Source: a virus
Virus record (IMG/VR): IMGVR_UViG_3300020438_000021
Coordinates: 1 to 64,000 of that record
DNA length: 64,000 nt
Strand: one strand, 5' to 3'
The first letter of the stretch is position 1, and each line of letters starts with the position of its first letter. A model generated the notes under the pieces. The model had not been told where the DNA came from. It searched no databases and saw only the letters and a list, made by a program, of their open reading frames with translations. Positions 1-8,761 of the stretch are shown here, piece by piece. The position numbers and the translations under genes are program-made.

Positions 1-1068
1 CAAGTCTTTTCCTTCGTGTTTCATCACATCGAATACATGCGCTCTCAGTTTAGTATCAGGTATCTTCTTCTTGAATATGTGAGTGATTACACTTGCTCTA
101 TGTAGTGCCTCATCTCCTTGAAAGAGAAGAAGTTCCCCATCTAATATGCAATCACCTATTCCCTTCTTTTCCATTTTCTCTACTACTTCAGGACACTTAT
201 CAGTGATGTCCTTCTCATTGTATGAGTATATCTTGATGTTGTCTCCCATCTTGTGAATCTGTATTCTCATTCCGTCATACTTCTCTTGAACGACATACTC
301 ACCGCTCAATCCCTTGATGTCTTTCATATCATCCAGTTCAAATATTCGATACATTGGCTTGTTCGGTGTTATGAAATCAATATCTTCTTTTTCTTCTTCT
401 GACTTTGCGATGTCAACATCTACTAAAGAATCCCACTTTTCCTCTGAGTAACTTTCATCATATACTTTCTCTAGTAATTGTCTTGCCTCTTTGAACTTGC
501 CCTTCACTCTCCTTGAGTCTTTGTCGTCACCATAATGCTCGATTATGTATAGGGGAATGTCCTTATCTTCTAAGTCTAGACCCATGTATCCCTGAGTTAT
601 TTCATCAGCCTTTAGACCGTTCTCTAGCCATGCCTTCTTCGGGATTGGGTTTGAATGGCTTCGCAATGCGTAATGAACGAAGGCTGCAAATGTTGCCTTG
701 TCCTCTAGTAGAACCTCTAGAACCTTGTCTCCTAGTTGTTCCGAGAATGGGTCGGATGCTCCTTTTGACTCGAACCTCATTCTTTTTACGTCTTCATAGA
801 TTCTTCTAGCAAGAAGGCTTTCAGCATCAAATACCTTATCATCGAAGAGTTCCTTCTCTGTGATGTTCTCTTTCAGTTCAGAGGCAAACTCTCCTAGTCC
901 GTCATATTCTTCACGAATAGACTTTACAGTTGACTTCCACTTCTTACCGTAATCCTTCGGGTTCTCCTTAGCAGATAGATATGCATAGCGTACTCTCTCA
1001 AAGAAATCTAAAACTCTTTTTGATAGAGCCTTAGTTTCCTTCTCAAAGGACACGCCTGATGTTGTCAT
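1..1068 (-). CDS. ATP-dependent DNA ligase-like nucleotidyltransferase (second ligase, in the head module); runs off the left window edge
   Basis: Not in the ORF track; translated by hand from ATG at 1068 (MTTSGVSFEKE...). Contains motif I VQEKYDGMRIQIH, motif III ILDGEL and motif IIIa HVFDV, in frame to position 1. Confidence 0.85.
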   Translation of the reverse strand, partial: MTTSGVSFEKETKALSKRVLDFFERVRYAYLSAKENPKDYGKKWKSTVKSIREEYDGLGEFASELKENITEKELFDDKVFDAESLLARRIYEDVKRMRFESKGASDPFSEQLGDKVLEVLLEDKATFAAFVHYALRSHSNPIPKKAWLENGLKADEITQGYMGLDLEDKDIPLYIIEHYGDDKDSRRVKGKFKEARQLLEKVYDESYSEEKWDSLVDVDIAKSEEEKEDIDFITPNKPMYRIFELDDMKDIKGLSGEYVVQEKYDGMRIQIHKMGDNIKIYSYNEKDITDKCPEVVEKMEKKGIGDCILDGELLLFQGDEALHRASVITHIFKKKIPDTKLRAHVFDVMKHEGKDL

Positions 1069-1074
1069 CCACCA

Positions 1075-1572
1075 TCAAAACCTTCGTGCCATTGGTTTCT
1101 TTGCACCATCAAAAGGGTCAACGTCTTTGACTTCTTTCATTTCCCTAATCATTGCTCGCATATCCCCAACTATCTTAGTTCTCTCATCAGGAGGTGCTTG
1201 CCGGAACTTTTGTTGCAGTTCGTCAAGTAAGTCTTCTAACATATTTTTATGCCCTGATAATGCATCAGACTGCCTTTGTTCTACACTTCCTTCAACAAAC
1301 TGCTTTCTCAATTCATCACATAGGGCATCGAACTTTCTCATACTTCCATCATTGACTTTATCCTCTTTGCCCTCAATATTGCTGAAGTCTCCCATCTTAA
1401 CTTCTGATGGGTTCTTCTTTGGTTTCTTGACTTTCATCTCCTCTCCCATGACATCCTCATCAAGTTTCAATCTTCCAAGATGACCTGCATCTTGTAAAAT
1501 CTCTTTGGCTTTCAGTATTGCTAATTCAATTATTTTCTCTTCTTTCGTAACTCTTTCCGGCATGTGATTCAC
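1075..1572 (-). CDS. hypothetical protein, charged/helical (head module)
   Basis: ORF track; co-oriented and overlapping its neighbour. Confidence 0.7.
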   Translation of the reverse strand: MNHMPERVTKEEKIIELAILKAKEILQDAGHLGRLKLDEDVMGEEMKVKKPKKNPSEVKMGDFSNIEGKEDKVNDGSMRKFDALCDELRKQFVEGSVEQRQSDALSGHKNMLEDLLDELQQKFRQAPPDERTKIVGDMRAMIREMKEVKDVDPFDGAKKPMARRF

Positions 1573-1793
1573 CCCATTTTCTCCGTCATCTTGCGAATCT
1601 CATCCCAAGACATTTGACCACCATCAGGTACTTGCGTATTCGCAACTACTGGTGTTGGAGTTTCACGAACAACCAATCCTGACTTCATCAGTATGTTGTC
1701 CTTGTTGTATACGGCTTGCTCCAAGGCGTTAACCTTGTTTACAAGTTCTTTCATTAATAGTAACATTTCATTTTTTTCTTCTTTCTTGCTCAT
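1569..1793 (-). CDS. hypothetical coiled-coil protein
   Basis: ORF track; operon context; C-terminal SWDEIRK. Confidence 0.7.
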   Translation of the reverse strand: MSKKEEKNEMLLLMKELVNKVNALEQAVYNKDNILMKSGLVVRETPTPVVANTQVPDGGQMSWDEIRKMTEKMG

Positions 1794-1795
1794 CT

Positions 1796-2113
1796 TTAAT
1801 ACTTCCTTTCTTCCCCTTCTAGTTTGAAATTTAATTCACCGTCTGAACTAACAAATATTGAGGAGTAGCCTTTGTCTTGATATAGTTCCCTTGCTATTTC
1901 TTTTGCCTTCTTCTCTGTCATTTTCAAGTCAGTGAGTTTGATGCTTGCATACCTTTCTTTCTTTTTACCTGCTTCGCTTATTATTGGGTCTACTTTCTCT
2001 CTAAACAAATCAATATACTCAGGCATTGATAAATCGTCATTACTGTTATCACTGAACTCTGACTCTCTAGGGTTTCTAATTGGTGGTGCTTTTAGTATGT
2101 CATGCCAACTCAT
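1796..2113 (-). CDS. hypothetical protein with N-terminal WxxILK tag (MSWHDILK)
   Basis: ORF track; ATGA overlap with upstream gene. Confidence 0.75.
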   Translation of the reverse strand: MSWHDILKAPPIRNPRESEFSDNSNDDLSMPEYIDLFREKVDPIISEAGKKKERYASIKLTDLKMTEKKAKEIARELYQDKGYSSIFVSSDGELNFKLEGEERKY

Positions 2114-2292
2114 CTGCTTTCCCTCGCTTTTCTGTTTCTCTCTCGTATCATAGCCAGTAGTTCTGATTCTTTATCCTCAGTCCTCTTGGCCGCTTCTTCG
2201 TCTTGTCCGGTGGAGGCCGTTGTTGTAACTCTTGCCATCTCATCTGACTTCTCTGTACCACAACTTCCCTTTAGTGTTTCAAACCAACTCAT
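2110..2292 (-). CDS. small tagged protein (MSWFETLK)
   Basis: ORF track; GGTGA RBS upstream. Confidence 0.7.
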   Translation of the reverse strand: MSWFETLKGSCGTEKSDEMARVTTTASTGQDEEAAKRTEDKESELLAMIRERNRKARESR

Positions 2293-2359
2293 TCTTCATC
2301 ACCTAGCATTGGAAGACTCATACCCTTATGCCACTCTATATCTTCAACGATTCTGAGTT

Positions 2360-2689
2360 TCATTCCTTTTCCTCCTTCTCTCCCTTTGGGTATGCTACGC
2401 TTCTGATTTGGTCATACAGCGTTTGATAGTCTTTGCGAAGTTCAGCAGCACTTGCGAGTATGTCTAGGTTCTTCTCACGAAATGACTTCATCTTCTTGGC
2501 AAGTAGTTTATCGGTCTTAACTAAGTCGAGGTCTTCCATCTCCTTGATGACTTCCTCTAACTTCGTCATCTCCTGTCCCATGTATTCAGTTGGCTGAGTT
2601 GACTGAAGAAGTTTCTTTATCTTCTTCTTCTGCTTAGGCTCTAGTTTCTCTAGAAACTCGGAGGCTTTCAGTATCTCCTGCCATGTCAT
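2360..2689 (-). CDS. tagged helical protein (MTWQEILK)
   Basis: ORF track. Confidence 0.75.
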   Translation of the reverse strand: MTWQEILKASEFLEKLEPKQKKKIKKLLQSTQPTEYMGQEMTKLEEVIKEMEDLDLVKTDKLLAKKMKSFREKNLDILASAAELRKDYQTLYDQIRSVAYPKGEKEEKE

Positions 2690-2710
2690 GTAGTTGCCCC
2701 CTGTGTATGC

Positions 2711-4273
2711 TCAGTTAATCTTAATTGCCCTGAATTTGTCTTTCCCAACGATAAATTCAAAGTTTCCGACTGTTACTTTAACAAGTTGAATCATCTTGTT
2801 TCTAGTATTGTCAAGCACCTTCGCTTTGTCTGAGTCTGTCTCCCTGTTTCTCAAATCCAAAACATATTGCAGCATATCTTCAATCTTATCGATTATTTGA
2901 GAGACAGTCTTTGATACACTTCGGAAGTTATCAAACACTTCAGTTTCTCCTAGATATGAGAACCCTGTTGTAATATCTTCTTCATCGTCTTGAGGATTAT
3001 ATTCCCAAGTAGTATCTTTAGTGTCGATTGTAGTCTCATCTTCTGATTTATCCTCTTTGGGTTTCTTAATTTTATACTTCTGCTCTAAGGTTATCTGTGC
3101 TTCTCTTATCTGTTTTTCAGTTGCTCGTATCTTACTCTTTATCTTAGTTTGCTCATTAGTAGGTGTTTGGCTTAACTTTTGTTGTAGTTCTTCAAGTAAT
3201 GACTCATCTGAATTGATTCTATCCTCCAACTCCTGTATGTTTTTCTCTCTACCTTCTCTAACCTTCTGAGTTGTTCTTTGAGCAGCACTACTTAGATTCT
3301 CAAATATTCTTCTTCTTGCTTCTCTGCTTTCAGGGGTGCTTTCAGGGAACTTGCCATCACGATAGGCTCTGCTTAGTTTCTGACGAACCTTTACTTCTTC
3401 CTTTTCCCTTTCCTCTTTGTCTTTGATATCCTTAGTTTCCTTATCGACTTCTGCTTCGATTTTTCTTTGTATGAAATCAGGGATGGGGCTTTGGCTAGGG
3501 TCTGCTGATTTAGAGAGTGTCTTTTCCTGTTCTTCCTTGAGCCTATCTAGAGTTAGAACGAGTTGTCTGAACTGAGATAATAGTGTGCTAGGGTTTTCTC
3601 CTAGTTCATCTACATCTATGCTTTGAGTATCTCTTAACATCTCTTTTATTTTTCTAAATGCACTGTCTGATACTTTCTTTCCAGTCAACACACTTCTCTT
3701 GATACCAGCAGCGTCCTCAAAGAATGACCTCAGAACCTCAAGAGACTCTCTGCCATTGTATGTCTTCTCTACTTTTGAAAGGTCTATTGCATCTGTATCG
3801 CCTGAGATTTCTATTCCCAAGTCTTTCGCATCATCAAAGAATAACTTGAGTAGTTCAGTGTCTGCTTCTTGGCTGATTATACTCTGATAGAAATTATCTA
3901 TCTTCCTCTTGCTTGTACTTCTAGGAATTAGATATGACTTGCTAAACTCTCTGATAGTTCCTCTCATAGTAGGGTCTGATACATCATTGGTTTTGCTGTA
4001 TTTCTCTAGAATCTCTTTCCACATAGAGATTGTTGTTGCAGATTCTAATTTGCGTTTCTTATCTGTTTCTGCCAGTCCCTCTCCTTCTTTGGCTTCACGC
4101 TCTTTCTTCCTTCTCTTCTCGTCAACCAGTTGTGTTCCAGTTTTGCCTTCTCTTTCTGAAGGGTCTATTCTTCTACCGTCCACCTCTTCGGCTTCTTCTT
4201 CTATGACAATATCATCTTCTTTCTTAATACGCAAGATATCCATGAAATCCTGCGCCAAGATAATCATCCCCAC
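2711..4273 (-). CDS. large K/E-rich coiled-coil protein, possible internal virion protein
   Basis: 520-aa ORF; tag variants DFMDILRIKK and MWKEILEK; start uncertain. Confidence 0.7.
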   Translation of the reverse strand: MGMIILAQDFMDILRIKKEDDIVIEEEAEEVDGRRIDPSEREGKTGTQLVDEKRRKKEREAKEGEGLAETDKKRKLESATTISMWKEILEKYSKTNDVSDPTMRGTIREFSKSYLIPRSTSKRKIDNFYQSIISQEADTELLKLFFDDAKDLGIEISGDTDAIDLSKVEKTYNGRESLEVLRSFFEDAAGIKRSVLTGKKVSDSAFRKIKEMLRDTQSIDVDELGENPSTLLSQFRQLVLTLDRLKEEQEKTLSKSADPSQSPIPDFIQRKIEAEVDKETKDIKDKEEREKEEVKVRQKLSRAYRDGKFPESTPESREARRRIFENLSSAAQRTTQKVREGREKNIQELEDRINSDESLLEELQQKLSQTPTNEQTKIKSKIRATEKQIREAQITLEQKYKIKKPKEDKSEDETTIDTKDTTWEYNPQDDEEDITTGFSYLGETEVFDNFRSVSKTVSQIIDKIEDMLQYVLDLRNRETDSDKAKVLDNTRNKMIQLVKVTVGNFEFIVGKDKFRAIKIN

Positions 4274-4494
4274 GGATTGTTTGGCGTTTTTGCTCTCTTT
4301 TTCTTAGGTAGTAATATTGCATCAGGAACATCTCTTGTGTCGGGAGATTTCTTCTCCACGGTGTTAGGGTCTATGCCACCCACAGAGTAATCTCTGTTCT
4401 TCGTGGCGTTCCTGTTGTGGTGAGCATATTGCTCCGCCCTTGCATTCGCTAGTTCTCTTTCCAATTGTCTTACGCTTTTCTTTTCTTCTGTCAT
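4264..4494 (-). CDS. hypothetical protein
   Basis: ORF track; abuts upstream stop codon. Confidence 0.7.
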   Translation of the reverse strand: MTEEKKSVRQLERELANARAEQYAHHNRNATKNRDYSVGGIDPNTVEKKSPDTRDVPDAILLPKKKRAKTPNNPWG

Positions 4495-4740
4495 TTACTT
4501 TTCCTCCCTTAGTTGTTTGAAGTCTTTACCATCGATGTCTCCATCTCCGTCCTTGTCTAATTTCTTTTGTCCACCATAAAGTGTCTTTTCCATTTCTTCT
4601 GCAACAGCAGGGTCAACAGGGTGTTCTCTTGCCTCATGCATGTCTTTAGCAGGTTTTATTCCACCTTCTTCTGTATCCATTTCCATACCGTCATCGGGCA
4701 TTGGCATGTCAGTTTGTTTAATCACACTCCACCAATTCAT
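4495..4740 (-). CDS. tagged protein (MNWWSVIK) with EF-hand-like DKDGDGDID loop
   Basis: Start reassigned to ATG 4740 behind a GGTGA RBS; DxDxDG calcium-loop motif. Confidence 0.65.
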   Translation of the reverse strand: MNWWSVIKQTDMPMPDDGMEMDTEEGGIKPAKDMHEAREHPVDPAVAEEMEKTLYGGQKKLDKDGDGDIDGKDFKQLREEK

Positions 4741-4745
4741 CTCTC

Positions 4746-5033
4746 TCACCACAGTTTTTTACATGCAAGGCACTTGGGGGTAGTAATTCTACCTTTACAT
4801 TGGTCACAGTTATGCCTTGCTCTGAAATTCTTTCTCCTAGCAGGGTCTTTATGTGTTCCACCGCCACGATTCTTACCCTTTCTTTTGTAATTACCGTAGC
4901 CTTTAGCACCAGCATGAATCTTCTTTCCTTCATGAGTTAGCATCATTATCTTCTTGCCTTCTCTGTCCGAAGGATAGACAGTGCCTACTCGCATGTCTTT
5001 CTTGTCCTTCTTGACAATGGCAAACCAACTCAT
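4746..5033 (-). CDS. tagged basic protein (MSWFAIVK) with H-x-D-x2-RR-x2-FRARH motif typical of small marine-virus proteins
   Basis: ORF track; start reassigned to 5033; motif recalled from viral hypothetical proteins. Confidence 0.7.
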   Translation of the reverse strand: MSWFAIVKKDKKDMRVGTVYPSDREGKKIMMLTHEGKKIHAGAKGYGNYKRKGKNRGGGTHKDPARRKNFRARHNCDQCKGRITTPKCLACKKLW

Positions 5034-5034
5034 C

Positions 5035-5310
5035 TTACTCAATCCTCGTTGTCTCTTTGCTTAGATGGCGAAGCACTTTTTCACTTAATTCATATAGATG
5101 ATACAGTTTCTTACTTTCGCCTTCTACATGTTCCTTTCCTGACATTAAAGTTCCATCAGGGTGTTTGTGAGTTTCACCTGTCCATTGCTCACCATCTTCA
5201 AAGAAGTGTCTCTCTCCCTTTCCCTTCTTTACCATGACTACTTCTCCATACTTCTTGCATGGGTCTTCACCACATCCACAATTTCTCTTAACTATATTTT
5301 CCCATTTCAT
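5035..5310 (-). CDS. tagged protein (MKWENIVK) with CGCGEDPC and THKHPDGTLMSG modules
   Basis: Start reassigned to ATG 5310, overlapping the upstream stop. Confidence 0.7.
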   Translation of the reverse strand: MKWENIVKRNCGCGEDPCKKYGEVVMVKKGKGERHFFEDGEQWTGETHKHPDGTLMSGKEHVEGESKKLYHLYELSEKVLRHLSKETTRIE

Positions 5311-5687
5311 CTTGTTCCTCTCCTTCTCTTGTAGTCCTTGCAAGCAGAACATGTCGGCCTACATCGTTGCTTAGTTCCTTTAGATGCATCCTTTCTTCCA
5401 CAAGGTTTAGTTCCGGGTTCATCGTCTTCACATGACTGGCAGGAAACCCAACCTTTCTGACCATCCCCACCTCTTCTTGAAAACCAACCATGAAGCCCTT
5501 CTTTCTTCTCTCTAGCAAAGTTGTCTCCGCCTTTCTTAACTGAGTTTCCCCAATTCTTAGCACCTACTTTTCTGCACTGCACTAATGCTCCTGAAGCATA
5601 AGCAGAAGGCCACTTCTTGTATCTGCTTCTGACCTTATGGTAGCAAGCATCTTTCTCTTTCTTTAATTCCTCAAACCAAAGAGTCAT
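5307..5687 (-). CDS. tagged Cys-rich basic protein (MTLWFEELK; DACYHKV...WPSAYASGALVxCRK)
   Basis: ORF track; the motif resembles small hypothetical proteins of marine T4-like phages (from recall). Confidence 0.75.
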   Translation of the reverse strand: MTLWFEELKKEKDACYHKVRSRYKKWPSAYASGALVQCRKVGAKNWGNSVKKGGDNFAREKKEGLHGWFSRRGGDGQKGWVSCQSCEDDEPGTKPCGRKDASKGTKQRCRPTCSACKDYKRRRGTR

Positions 5688-5788
5688 GCTTTTCCCTCCA
5701 AATACTTCCTAATTCTTTCATCTGTTTCTGCGTTACGCTTCTCTGTTTCTTCTTTCCACTTCTTAACAATGTCAAGGAGTTCGCTCAA
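5684..5788 (-). CDS. 34-aa micro-ORF MSELLDIVKKWKEE...
   Basis: Translated by hand; TTG start overlaps the portal stop and its stop overlaps the next ATG. Confidence 0.55.
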   Translation of the reverse strand: MSELLDIVKKWKEETEKRNAETDERIRKYLEGKA

Positions 5789-7413
5789 CCTATTCTCCTC
5801 TCTGTTCGTGAATCAACATTTTCATTACCTGCTTCTCTAGGTAATCCGGTGAATCTCTTGTCAGGACCAGTTTCCATAGATGGTTTGTTTCTAGTTTCTC
5901 CTCCACCTTGACCCATGAGTTGTTGCTCTTGCAACTGTCCGAGTTGACTTGCATCGATATCTGTTCCTGCGTATGGGTCAGTTTCTACTTGACCCTCTTC
6001 TCCTTCTTGCGGTGGTGCTTCGGGTTTAGGGTCAGGCTTCTTGAAAGTGAATCTACCTTCATCATCCATATCAACCTCAAAGCCGAGATTCTTGATTGAT
6101 GCTGCCACGTTAACTTCAATCTCTCTCTTTCGTAGTTTGGCAATCTCATCTTCTTCTTCTGAAGGTGGTAGTTTCAACTGCCAGTCCGTGATTCCAAACT
6201 CCTTTGTCATGAATGGGAACACATAGTCATTCCAAATCGTCTGTGCCATCTCGACTGCTCTGTTGGTCACTAGTATCTGCATACCCTCGTTGTTCAATCC
6301 ACCACTAGCAGAGTTGTCTGCCATGAAGATTTTACTAACTCCATAGAAGGCAGCGATTCTATCTCTCAAGTCTTCCTTAACTTGTATGTAGTCCATTTCC
6401 TTTAGGCTGTCCATGAACTTGACCCATTCAACCGCACCTGTTTTCCCTTCACCTTCGATTCCCATAACTGGAATGAAGTGTGGGTCTTGCTCCATCTTCT
6501 CCTTGACACCACGCCAAAATGATTTCATGGATTCCATGTTTCTAGTTTGAACTGCAAGTATTCCTCTTGGCATCCTAGCCTTTGTGTATGAAGAGTTCAC
6601 ATAATTCTCCATAGCAATCAAGGTAGTGATGTGATTCCAAAGAGTCATGATTGGTGATTGCCCATACAATCTCGAAGGAGCATACTTACTGAAATGAAGA
6701 ACCTCACCCTCGATGAAGAACTGTTCCTTTCCATTTGCCCTGTTGACATAATGCACAGGATGCAATTCAGAACCACACATCTCACAGGAGTCTGTCATTG
6801 ACTTGCTGATGAAGTTACGATGATTCAAACAGGTGAATCCCTCATTCCCTCTAGTACCATTCTCATCAGCGTAGATGTGCATACTAACAGGGTCTCCACG
6901 ATAGACTTCCTTGATTCGATGCATACGAATATCCCCGTTTCCATCTACGAAATACTCCTTGACCATTACCATATATGCATCATCCATGATGTTCAGGTCA
7001 TCTTCCATCTCCTTCAGAACATCAACGAACATCTGCTCTCCTTTGTTTACATAACCTTCTAGTAGTTTCTTGATGTATTTCAGTTGGTTTCTATCAGGCT
7101 TTATGAGATTTTGACTAGAACAATCTACACACTCTGTCACTGCTTGTTTGTGTTCTCTCCCACAATCACCGCATCTAGCAGTGAACTTTTCTTCCCAAGT
7201 ATATCCTCTTCTGAATATCTCATTCTTTAACTGAGTAATACAAGTTCTAGCAATCACAGATTGATATGTGACATGATAGATTATTGGGGCTGTTATGAGA
7301 TAGGATGTGTCTTTCTCCTGAATGCCCGGATTGTATATCATTCTGTCTTGCGGCTTCGGTGTTGTCCTGCGTGTTAAACGCTGAAACAAGGTGGGTCTAT
7401 TTTCTTCTACCAT
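5785..7413 (-). CDS. portal protein with Zn-ribbon insertions
   Basis: 542 aa near TerL; PSRLYGQSP and IAAFYGV portal-like segments; CGDC/CVDC and CLNH/CEMC inserts. Confidence 0.8.
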   Translation of the reverse strand: MVEENRPTLFQRLTRRTTPKPQDRMIYNPGIQEKDTSYLITAPIIYHVTYQSVIARTCITQLKNEIFRRGYTWEEKFTARCGDCGREHKQAVTECVDCSSQNLIKPDRNQLKYIKKLLEGYVNKGEQMFVDVLKEMEDDLNIMDDAYMVMVKEYFVDGNGDIRMHRIKEVYRGDPVSMHIYADENGTRGNEGFTCLNHRNFISKSMTDSCEMCGSELHPVHYVNRANGKEQFFIEGEVLHFSKYAPSRLYGQSPIMTLWNHITTLIAMENYVNSSYTKARMPRGILAVQTRNMESMKSFWRGVKEKMEQDPHFIPVMGIEGEGKTGAVEWVKFMDSLKEMDYIQVKEDLRDRIAAFYGVSKIFMADNSASGGLNNEGMQILVTNRAVEMAQTIWNDYVFPFMTKEFGITDWQLKLPPSEEEDEIAKLRKREIEVNVAASIKNLGFEVDMDDEGRFTFKKPDPKPEAPPQEGEEGQVETDPYAGTDIDASQLGQLQEQQLMGQGGGETRNKPSMETGPDKRFTGLPREAGNENVDSRTERRIG

Positions 7414-7414
7414 T

Positions 7415-8752
7415 TTATTCTACCCCGTTTTGTATCGCTGATTCTAACTTATCCATCTCTCTTGTCTTATCATTATCATAATACTTGACAACAGAATCAA
7501 TGTCTATGTTATACTTTGCGAAATCGTAGTTCTTGTCATCTTTATGGTTCTCATACTTCATTAGTTTGAATAGTTCTTCCTTACGAGCATTATACCAACT
7601 AGCCTTCTTATGGCTCTTTTTCATTCGGAGCAGTTCAATCAGTATCTCTGCATTTTTCTTCTTTAGTCTGAAGAACGGCAGACACTTGCTTAGTATTTCG
7701 CCTACATCATTTCTAGAGTAGAAGTTGAGCCTATTGATTGGCTTCGTGTCCTGTGGAGATTTTTGGTCTAAGTGCAATCTGCCACAGCCTAGTGATTTAT
7801 GCATCTCCAACATGAATGCCTTACCTCTGTCTCCGGTTGCCACTAAACCTATTCTTGGATTGTGATTCTTATCCATAGTGATGTATCCATCAGAGTCAAT
7901 GAAAGCAGCAGTGTATGCGTAGATGTCTTTCTTAATCTCGTCACTCATCTTGTATAGTGCGCCATCGACAACAGTTACATTGGCAGAACGTGCCATCTTG
8001 GATATCATAGCAGGAGATGTTTTCTTGAATAGATTATTTGGTAGTCTTTCATGAACTTGTCTTGCTGAGATTCCTTGCTCCTCACTCACTAGCCTTACTA
8101 TGTGTCTCTTGATTATTTCCTTTGGACCGATATTAACTACATATTTCTTGATTTTACTATTGACTGCTCTCTTGTTGCTTGACATCTCTTTGGTCAGTCT
8201 AGCATATTCTTCCCCATATGCCATACCATTTCTGTCTAGTCTTGCTTCCCAATATTTGCAAAGAGTATCTACTATGTCTCTTCGAGTACCTTCATCATGG
8301 ATGAGAGATAGTTTGATTATGTTCTCTTCTGAAAGAGTCAAATCCTTCAATGCAGGTTTGTATTTCTTAATCCAATATATCTTGTTGACATTCTCATCTA
8401 GATGTGAAGAGTAGGCGGTGATTAGATTGTCTATTGATTTTGTAACGGCTATCTTTGGTTCTCCTTTTAGGGTTCTTCGATAGGTTCTCAGTTCCTTTAT
8501 CATATCAGGAATGTCTTTACCTTCTATCTCATATTTCTTCAGATGGGTTCTCATTTCCTTTCTTGCCTTTGAGAGACCAATATTATATTGCTCTGAGAAT
8601 CTCTTGACCACTTCAAAGTGACTTGTCAGTGGTTGCTCATCTAACCATTCGCCTTTGAGTGACTCTGTGAGTTCTTTCTGTCTCTCTTGGAGTTCTTTTT
8701 CTTGGTCAGCGAGTTCTGCTGCTTCCCTGAATTTATCTCCTTTTTCACTCAT
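7415..8752 (-). CDS. helical/wHTH + LAGLIDADG endonuclease-domain protein
   Basis: YTAAFIDSDGYI LAGLIDADG helix; LGCGRL and LPFFRLKKKNAE segments typical of this fold. Confidence 0.75.
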   Translation of the reverse strand: MSEKGDKFREAAELADQEKELQERQKELTESLKGEWLDEQPLTSHFEVVKRFSEQYNIGLSKARKEMRTHLKKYEIEGKDIPDMIKELRTYRRTLKGEPKIAVTKSIDNLITAYSSHLDENVNKIYWIKKYKPALKDLTLSEENIIKLSLIHDEGTRRDIVDTLCKYWEARLDRNGMAYGEEYARLTKEMSSNKRAVNSKIKKYVVNIGPKEIIKRHIVRLVSEEQGISARQVHERLPNNLFKKTSPAMISKMARSANVTVVDGALYKMSDEIKKDIYAYTAAFIDSDGYITMDKNHNPRIGLVATGDRGKAFMLEMHKSLGCGRLHLDQKSPQDTKPINRLNFYSRNDVGEILSKCLPFFRLKKKNAEILIELLRMKKSHKKASWYNARKEELFKLMKYENHKDDKNYDFAKYNIDIDSVVKYYDNDKTREMDKLESAIQNGVE

Positions 8753-8761
8753 ACTTTCACC

